Below the pieces are notes generated by a model. The model ran no database searches and had not been told where the DNA came from. It saw only the letters and a list, made by a program, of their open reading frames with translations. This document shows positions 12,501 to 22,600 of a stretch of DNA of 64,000 bases, piece after piece (position 1 is the stretch's first letter; each line of letters starts with the position of its first letter). The stretch is from assembly GCA_002269645.1 (NCBI GenBank), contig NIVC01000029.1:1302001-1366000 (forward strand), in the 5' to 3' direction. Source of the DNA: Macrostomum lignano. Its lineage: Eukaryota. Made by a program: the position numbers and the translations under genes.

Positions 12501-13695
12501 GAACCTCGAAAACTTTCCCAACTTCAGCCGGAACCGTCGGGCCTTCCGCCGCACCCGGACACCGTGCAGCGCCGACGACTTCGTCGCCAATTTCCTCGGG
12601 CAGAGATCGATTCGAAGCATCTGCTCACTTTGGACAGCGTGGCGCTGCAGGAATACGCCAACATTCTAGAATCAATGCGTCGCAACGAAGCTCGAGGCGG
12701 TGGCGGTGGTTCGAATCTCAGCTCCCATCGGGCCTCCTCGCAGCCTCGTCGACGTAGCGCCGGTAATTCGCCATCGCCGGGACGTCGGAATCGTTCGCGC
12801 AGCGGCCGGCCAAAATCGGCTGCAAGACCGGGAGCGGCGGCGGCTCGTCGGGACTCTGATGACGACGACGTCGAAGATCTGAGCGACGAAGGCGAAGTTG
12901 AAGACGAGAAGCGAAAGAAAAAGAGGGGTGGCAAGTCGAGGGTTGGAAGACTCCGGCTGCATAGGGCCGAGCCAGCGCTCGACAAGCAGGCCTCCTACCA
13001 GAGCCTCTGCAAGGTGACGCTGCACTATTACGGTCCGGCGCTGAAGATACCGCACGACGGGCCTGGCCATGACGGCCAAGAGGTGACGGTGATGCAGCAG
13101 CACTCTGGCGGCAACACGCTCCGGGTGTTCTACGGACTGGTGAAGCCTGGCGGTGAGTTAATGATTAACTAGTGAAAGGCGAAATTCGAGACAAAACATT
13201 GGCATATCCTCCTAACAACTTCTACTGAGGATCGCCCCTGTAGTGGTCCGTTAACAAACTAATCGACAACTACAATTTTCAGAGGACTTCACATTCGTGA
13301 GTCGGCGCCATCGTGGCTACCCGTTCTCGTTGTCTCTTTACATCGACGGCGTGATGGACTCGAGGGTGAGCGCCTGCTGCGAGTACAAGCACAGGACTGG
13401 CGTGAGACTCGGCTCGAAGACCGGCCACTTCGGTTTTGTCAGCGTGTCCGAGGCGGCGCCGTGCTACAGGTGGGTGCTTGAAGTGCTTCAATTACTTTAC
13501 TGTTTTAAAACTAATGTAGTGTAGCTACTTGCGTCATTGTAACTGAGACGCTTGTTTTGTAATGTTTTATAATTCAAAACTAAAACACATTACAATTCAG
13601 ATGCCAGGTAGAGGAACAGCTGAAGGAGGGACGCGGCAAGAAAGAAAAGGCCAAGAAAGAGAGCACTTCTTCTGGTCGAAGGAAACCGCAGAAAA
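9506..13695 (+). CDS. ERICH3: ERICH3-like N-terminal region and DUF4590 domain (part of the large gene)
   Basis: PLAQYNSLKDEHLAGYFNN...HLVKAGLITRTG...MLAQAIVHKSLDLER and QQHSGGNTLRVF...FVSRRHRGYPFSLSLYIDG...SACCEYKH...RLGSKTGHFGFVSVSEAAPCYRC match my recollection of ERICH3/C1orf173 motifs. Confidence 0.9.
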
Positions 13696-16600
13696 GTGAG
13701 TCACTAATTAGCTCGTAAGGATCTACGAAACAAAGTGCGAACGACAGAGGCTGAGCCTCCTTAAAACCCTCAATAACATACAAATCCAAATCTTAATACG
13801 AGTCGTGGTTTAAAAAATTTAAAGTCAAGTAAAAACCACTAGCATTTACTGGTAACTAGGCTAAAAATTGGCTAAATAACCACCACACAGTATTATCTAC
13901 TCTCAGTAGGGTAACAAGAGTTTAAGATCAGGGACAGTAACTACATAAAAATAACTTTGTTCTACACTAAAAATATTGCAAACAAAGAAGCCGAAGATTC
14001 GACGCAAGCCGACAGAGACCCAAAGGAACCGGAGTCATCGTTGAACCCTCGACCTGACGGTCAAGCTGTGCCGGATTCAGAGCATCCGCAGGATAGTGAG
14101 CCGTCAGTAAGTGCGCCGGCACGCAAGGAAGAAGAGGTGCCGCTTGTAGAACAAGAGGATACAGCAATGCCAAAGCAGACAACGGAGGAGGAGGCTGAAA
14201 AGGACACTTTACAGGAACCAGTGGAAATACCGTTGGACGACACTGATACAGGCAGCGATACAGACAGCGATACAAAGAGCAAAACTAACGACAACAACAA
14301 CTTGAACGTTGTCGAGCAATCAGATAACAACAATGCAGCCGTCGAAGGTGGGAACTCGGCAGTTAGAAAAACGCAGTTCTCACTATTTCACCTATGGAAA
14401 TTGTCGCGTCAAAAATTGTTCACAAAATACTCTTGAAATTAAATTGAGCATTAGAATCTCGTTGATCCAACTATGAGTATAGTATCTAGCATGCGACAAT
14501 TGGAATTACAAAATGTCACTTGATTTACTTAATTCACTGCGCCACTTCATCTATCAAATTGAATAGAAATCTACATTATTGCGATCGTAAATTTGCTAGT
14601 AATTCATTTCACGCTGCCACAATGAAGATGATTTACGCAATGAATAATTGTTAGATCAGTCACCCAGGCGTGCCGAGTCCATTGCTGTCTTATTTGCTTC
14701 GTGGAAATAATTCTACAATCAGAGGCATATATGGATTCTCTCTGAGGAAGAATATATTAGCTATCATATTGCGAATATTTCGAACAATCTAGAGGGCTGA
14801 GAGCGGATGAGAAATGTGCATCTCTCGATGCATATGAGCACCTGTTCATATGCATAGAACATCTGCATACAAAATCTGCTATCCTTAGCAAGCCAGCGTC
14901 ATTTTCCAGGAATATCTTATAATACGATTTGAAGATAGAACCGAGCTTAGATCGAGGAATAAAAGAGTCAAAAGTTCACAAAAAATTGGCCCGTTGTATG
15001 ATTCGCGTCTTTGAGGGCCCTCATATTGTCAAATTGTGTGCATGCTTGGCTAAACCAGGAACGCTGTGCATCCTGTATGAACGTGTGCCTGCGTACCTAT
15101 CTGTGCTTATGGGATACGAGCTAGCATGACTTCCTGCCTCCTCGCTGGCACCTACCTAACAAACAAAACAACTGACATCCCGCTTGGACAACTTCCAACT
15201 GCTTCCAGAAGCAGCAACAGTTGCTTCTTCATCATCTGGCTCAGCCAGTCATCGTAGTCGACGAAGTCGTCACAGCTCGATGTCGAAATCGAGCAGGCCA
15301 GTTTCGGCTAAATCTGGACCTCGTCCATCATCGGCCATGGCTGACAGAAAGCCACCTGCGTCAGGTAGTAAATCATCGACAATTCGAGAAAGCTCGCTAG
15401 AGTCTTTTGGATTTCCTCTCTTTCTCGATGTTGTGGCTGTCTGTCTATCTACGAGTATTTGATAAATACACTTTATAGTTTCATTTAATTTTTATAGCTG
15501 TCCTACTACCTGTCTATTTATTAGCGAAATCGAAGCAAATTTTTATAAATTAACACTGCAATACTCGTAGCGAGCTGAATGACTCGCTGAGCTCACAAAC
15601 TGATCAGTTGTTTCCAACGCAACCAATAAGCGATGTCGACATCCCTATGATAAACAACCAATGGTAAAGTAATTTCCGATCATCCAGCCAATGCTAACCA
15701 ATCAAATGGCCTATGAATCTCTCACATGCTCGCATGGCCATATTTATTCGATTTTTGATCCATTTGTTTATATCGCGAAATACTTGGACCGCGTAGCAAG
15801 CATGCTGCCTTGCCAGAAACTGGCTTTAGTGAGGCAGCTGGTGCACCAGGCGGCTCTATTCCATGCTAGTCACAATTCAACCAGCCAGTGCAGCAATGAC
15901 AGTCGCAATCATAATGCCACCATTTCGACTTCTTCTGTTCAACTAAATTTACAACAGACCACTAAACTAACCGTCCGATGTTGCATTTCAGCCTACGACG
16001 ACGACTTCCAGGACGATTCGGACCATGAGAACCGAGACAAGCGATCCGGTGAGTGATGACTATTCTACTGATTAGCTTTAAACATTGTAGCAGTCGATAA
16101 GGAGGCCTTACAGTCCCTAAATCGTAAAAGAAATTTAGTCCGCTCATAATCAAGCAAAAAAGGATCTCTGGCCGGACTAACCCGTCCGCAAATACTCCGA
16201 TGCGAGATCATGCTTCTCCATAATTCTCTCGCTGAGCTCTGTCGTCTGTTTCTGTGTGTGCGCGTCTCCATCCCCGTTTCTCTTTCTGTTTGACCCAGTT
16301 AATAGTCTCAGGGATGCTCCAATAGAAGCCTTGATGAGAGGTCCCTAATGTCGGACAACAACTGCGGTGAATATAGCAGATGGTCCTGCAAGCAAAGAGA
16401 GAGAGAGCATGCAACGCATATGAGAGAGAGTTAAGAGAGAAAACTGAGATCATAGTCTCCCCTATTCCCAGCTGCTTTACTAACTGATCTATTCTGATCG
16501 AGAGTTAGATTTGAGTACTATAGCCGTCTTCATCCACATCATGGCGCATGTCGTAGACTGCACGTCTTTTTATGCTTCTTTACGGCATTTGTTTGCGTAG

Positions 16601-19600
16601 TTTCTATGCAGAGACAGAAATTAATCCAATTTTGCTACTCGATAATCTTTGCGAGAAGGTCCCGCGAGTCCAGAGATACGTTCACCCTGCAGATGGTTTT
16701 TGAGGGAACTTATTTCACTTTCATGATGCGAAGCATAAGCTTCCTAATTCAGATAACTTTCTTTTAGGATGAGAGGCTGAGTTGCTTAGCAAAAAGCGTC
16801 TGTCTGACGTTACGACCCCTGATTCGATTCAGAGTGTGGCCTCATTAATTTAAGGCTTGCGCCCGGACATTCGAGAAGGTTAATTTGTCATGCGATTACT
16901 AACCATGAGGGCCAACGCCCAAGTCACAGAGAGTGTACATATCTGACAGTTAAAAAGCCAGGGCCGATGTACACCCTATGTGAGCGTGTGTACGAGTATG
17001 AGAGCGTGTCTGCGAACGGTATTGGCGCGCTTGTGTGTGCTGAGGAGTCAGCAGAATAAGCAGAAATGCCTCAGATCTGGTTGTTGTGTTACGAGATCTC
17101 GCAAGAAGTTGCGCCGGGGTGCTCACGAGCATCCTTTGAGTGTGTACGAGTCATATATGCAAAGGAACGTATATATAACCTATATGAGGATACACTCGTA
17201 TTCGTCTAGGATACAAATTTGTTAGAATCCAGAGCAGATCATTTAGATATTGATATGCACTGTCTTGACTACTAATGCTTACAAATTCAATACTTCAACC
17301 TGCACTTGTAGACAAGGACTCCTCATCTTCTAGTAGCAGCCGAAGCCGCGGCACTAGCGTCAGCAGAAGCAGCAGTACTGGGAGAGAAAGGGTGGAATAC
17401 CAAGTGAAAATAGCGACCTTTAATGAGATCGGATCCGGCACCGAGGCCCCTGCCTTCATTGAACTTATCGGAAGTTCGGCTACTTCGAAAAAGTTTCCAT
17501 TAAAGCAATACGACAGCGCCACTACATTCGAGCGAGGTGCTACCAACGAATTTACGGTGAAAGCGCGCGAGGATCTAGGAGAGCTTACTGCAGTCAGGTG
17601 AGTGTGCTCATTTTTTTAATAATCAGACCGATTAGGTAGCAGGAAGATAGATTACGAATTTAAGTATCAGATTAAACATGCCTTTTGAGGGAGTTATTTG
17701 TATAAATCACGAGGGCCTGAGGCCCGAGGGATTTATGAAAATAACTCCCGAAAAAGGCATGTGTAATCTCGTATAAACCATAGACATAAAGACTTTACGG
17801 GATATTATTGAATATTACCAAATAAAATCCCGGAGAACGCAAATATTGCCACGGAAAGTCTTTATTTCTATGGATTATCGAATCGTTCCCTCTGGCAACG
17901 ATTCTAATTGTCCCACGTGAGAATGATGTTTTAACCATAGACTATGATTCGTTTATTTGTTTGTTTTAGTATTGGTTTTTGCGAGCTATCTCAGCCAAGG
18001 AGCAAGCAAACTCATCCATCCCATAGATTTCAATACGACGAAGGAGGTGGTTTGAACCATAGACTATCACGTTTTTTCAACCAAACTCATCCAACGGGCG
18101 AGCAATCTCAGCCATAGCTTGTCTGCCCATTCATTTCCTCTTCCCTTCTTTCTTTCCTCCTCCTCCGATGGCTCAGTTGTGTTCTGATGTGCTGCTCTAT
18201 CATAAAGTCTCTTATATACGAACCAATTAAATTTTTCGCTTAATAAACAAGCTATGGCTGAGATTGCTCGCCCGTTGGATGAGTTTGGTTGAAAAAACGT
18301 GATAGTCTATGGTTCAAACCACCTCCTTCGTCGTATTGAAATCTATGGGATGGATGAGTTTGCTTGCTCCTTGGCTGAGATAGCTCGCAAAAACCAATAG
18401 AATGCTGGTAGATTATTATATTCGTCTAGAAACATCTGACCTCGGAAGTGAATTCAACTCCATCTGAAGCGAGGTTGGTTAAGACCAAATTGATAAACTC
18501 TGCTTTGAAAAATGTAGTCAATGGAAATGGAATGGAATCAATGACAATGGAAGTTTAAACAAAAAGTATTATGGTAGGCAGTTGCATGGTCGGAAAAGAA
18601 TGGGGTTAAGCAATGGTAAGCGCCGCTTACAATCAGTCAGCTAGAAAATGTCATATTTAGCGACAGGGATTTATTTATGACGTTTAATTTTTTCAACTAA
18701 CCAAGATTCACCCCTACCCGAACACCTGAACTTTATAAAGACTTCATCTGGAGGACGGAGGCATCGGTTCCAGCTGGCGTCCTGAGTCGATCACTGTCTC
18801 GCGCGGTGAACAGCAATGGACATTCCCAGCTGGTCGCTGGATTGAGAAGAACGAGTGCGAGACTTTCACCGTTGGTAAGTGATGAGTGAAAGCAATATTT
18901 GCTAGCCTAAATATAAATATTAAAATAAATACGAGCGTATATGGATGTTTTTAATTGACTTTATTATAACTCCAACATTAGCCGTTATCCTGAGGGACCT
19001 TTGTAATCTTTAACACAATAAAACTGTTGTTTTTGTTTTGAAATTTCCTGAAATCGGACTTATTGATTGCACCCCGAATAACCATACTTCTACAGAAGAT
19101 ACCGCGGGTGAAAACGATGACGAGGTGTACGTCGTCACTATTCAAACCTCGTCGCAGGCCATGGCAGGCACGGACGCCAGGGTATTCGCCACGCTGGTTG
19201 GCGAGGATAGCAGGTCCAACCGAGTGCAGCTGAAAAACGACCGAATCGACTGCTTCGAACGGGGACAAACTGATCAGTTTAAAGCTAGATTTGGCAGCAA
19301 CCTGGGCGAAATTCAATCCATAGAGTGAGTTGTTGGACGTCTAATTTTTTCGTGTTGCCTCATTCAGTTAAGCTCTTGGTAGGCCAGCATGTCAAATTTG
19401 AAACTTTCCCACTAAATTCAAGGCTGGAGACGGAGGGCGGTGGCCTGACCAGCGGCTGGCTGCCCGAAACCATCACCGTGGCCAAGGGAGACAAAGAGTG
19501 GCGCTTCCAAACCGGTCGCTGGATTGAAAAGAATTCAATTGAGACCCTTCCTGTTGGTGAGTAAACGTACTCTTAGTTCGTATACAATGTCGATAACAGC

Positions 19601-22600
19601 ATTTTTGCTGTGCTGAAACAGCCATAACAATTATTTCAATCTGTAAGGGCATTCGGGCAGAAAATAGTTTACTAATGGGCCTCTACTCTCGTATTTGAGT
19701 AGTTTCAAGCTAATTTTGACTTGAGACGTGACTGCATTATGTTAGTAGTCTTGGCAAAAGAGCAAACGTCAAAACAAACATTTAATCTAATTTAAACTGC
19801 CGACGCGTTTCGTCCAAAGCGGACATCTTCAGGGCAAACGAATCATGTTTTCGATGGTTCGTTTGCCCTGAAGATGTCCGCTTTGGACGAAACGCGTCGG
19901 CAGTTTAAATTAGATTAAATGTTTGTTTTGACGTTTGCTCTTTTGCTAATTTTAAAGCGAGCTACATTACCACAGTTAGTAGTCTTGCATCACCATGCAT
20001 CATGGCTTAGATACAAGTATTATTCATTAAAATAAACGGTAAACGCTATTAACTTTAACATCAATATTTGCCTGTATTCTCTACAACGGAAATCCGGTTT
20101 TTCTTCACAACAGTCAAAGACGCTACTGGTGAGGACGACGGCGACGCAGTCGATGCCAACGAACGCCGCTTCACCGTGACAGTGAAGACCGGCGATCGCA
20201 TGGGCGCTGACACTGACGGCCGAGCAACAATTCAACTGGCTGGCACTGAGGCCACCTCGGAGCAGATTTCCTTGGAAGAATTCCGTCAGAACAAAGACGG
20301 TCGTTTGTATAGACGCGGTCAAGCTGACAAATTCAACATTCAGGCTAATAAGCAGCTTGGCGATTTGAAGGCTATCGAGTAAGTTCTTGTGATTTAGCTA
20401 TTTTAAGTAACTGACACGAACTCTCCAACCTGGAAGGGGGTTGTAGCCTGGTGGTTAGAGCGTCAGAATCACGACTGAAAAGTCAGGGGTTCGTATCTCG
20501 ACCCACCTGGAACAATTTGTGTCCTTGAGCAAGACACTTAACTCTGCATTACTTTAGTTCACCCAGCTGTAAAATGGGTGCCAGCATTAGCTGGGGTAAT
20601 TGAGGCTGTGTGGCGACCCCCCCCCAGTCCTTGGACTGAACAGCCGTACGCAGCCTTCAGATGCACCGCGCAATAGCTGCGGCTGAGCTGTCGGTTGCAC
20701 ATTAGGCTCTTAGGTCTCTTAGGTTGGCGCCACTGTCTCTTAGACTGGCGCCACTGTCTCTTAGGTTGGCGACAGTGTCTCTTAGACTGGCGCCACTGTC
20801 TGTTAGGTTGGCGCCACTGTCTCTTAGACTGGCGCCACTGTCTCTTAGGTTGGCACCACTGTCTCTTAGATTGGCGCCACTGTCTCTTAGGTTGGCGCCC
20901 CTGTGTCTTAGGTTGGCGCCCCTGTCTCTTAGGTTGGCGCCCCTGTCTGTGAGGTTGGCGCCACTGTCTCTTAGATTGGCGCCACTGTCTCTTAGATTGG
21001 CGCCACTGTCTCTTAGATTGGCACCACTGTCTCTTAGGTTGGCGCCCCTGTCTGTGAGGTTGGCGCCACTGTCTCTTAGATTGGCGCCACTGTCTCTTAG
21101 GCTGGCGCCACTGTCTGCGAGATGAAGTTCTATATAAGAATGTCCGTCGTCTCGATAATGAATATTCGGCATTGAAATTATATTTTTACGAAAAGCATCC
21201 TGACTCAGCTGTTGAATCCCCGATGCTATGGAAGTACAAGTTCTATACTCATTTAAACCTCTCCATCATCAAATAATCAAAATCAGTCTTGTCAGTTTTA
21301 ACGACATTAATTATTATGACATTAAAGCTCCAACCTTTGCTATGTCTCACTACATTCAGGTTGTACATCGAGGGCGGCATTTCAACCGATTGGTACGTGG
21401 AACGCGTCATCGCCGAGCAGAACGACAAACGCTGGGAGTTTCCATTCGAGCGTTGGATCCAAAAGGAGCGACCCGAGCGTTGCGCCGCGGTGGCCGCTCT
21501 GCCCGACAGAGCTGACGACGATTCGACTAGGCAGAAAGTAAGAGATTGCCGGTGCTTTCATTGTATAGTGTTCAATTAGATTAAAGTGCAAAATTCAAGC
21601 CCCACAATGGCTTCATCAATCATTGCTTTTTCAGCGCGCATCAGGTAGCAGCCGATCTGATCGTTCAGACGACGAAGAAGTTGTCAACTTCAAGATAGAA
21701 GGCTCGCCTGAGCACGCAGCTCCAGGTGAGAAAAGTTTTTGTTTTGTTTTCAAAAATATTCGGTAAAAAGAGTCCGTTTTATTTTTGTCCTAATGTGTGT
21801 AATGTCCAGCGTATGGCACAACATATCGGTATAGAATCAGTTGAATTCCGTCCCACGAATGGCAGGCTTCTGCACACAGTGGAAACCGTCGCTGATGGGG
21901 AGCCACAGCTTCGACCTTATTTCCAGACCATTTCTAATTTTTGTCACCATTTTTGCAAGATTTATTACTAACAAAGGAGGCAGAGGCGAGGCAGAAAAAG
22001 TGCGAATCAATTTCATTTAATCCTTCGAGCATTCTTCCAGCCAGTGCAAAATATCGATAATTTACTAATTACTAGAATGAGTTAGCTATAATGAGCGCCC
22101 CGAATAACCTTGAACTAAAAATAACCGAATTCAAAAAAAGTCGCACGACCGAAACTCGACTCCGATGACGATGATGCGGACGAGTTTGAAAAGGACATTG
22201 CCGCCGCCAGGGCAGTGCTGCTTGGCGATAAGAAAGGTATTTCGACACTAAAATATCTACCGGACGATTCAAACACTTTACTGTTTTAATTGCCTATTCT
22301 GCACAAAACAACTTTATTTGCACCGGAAACTTTTCTATAAAGCTTTTTATTATATTTATCTATTTGTTTGTGCCTTTAAAAGCTTTTTCAACACTTTCAA
22401 AAGAATTTTTTCAACATTTTCATCTATATGTACTCTTACTACTCGTACTTGTATAAACTTTTGCAAGAGTTCAGACGAGTAACTTACGCTTGAAAATTTA
22501 TATTCATCTAAATTTATTTATTTATACGTAAGAATATTACAATTTTAACAAACAAAAACGTATTGATAATTTAACTTGAATCAAGAATTGATTATAAAAC

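Larger units (their letters stand above)
19754..19974. mobile_element. Palindromic Penelope-like-element remnant with a 13-bp flanking direct repeat (GTTAGTAGTCTTG)
   Basis: ~96-bp inverted arms (19751-19846 / 19854-19949) around a 7-nt loop; direct repeat at 19741-19753 and 19975-19987. Confidence 0.75.

Noticed and set aside
16330-16375. Hammerhead-like TTGATGAG...GTCC..GGAC
   Set aside because: Lacks the CUGA core and the GAAA box.
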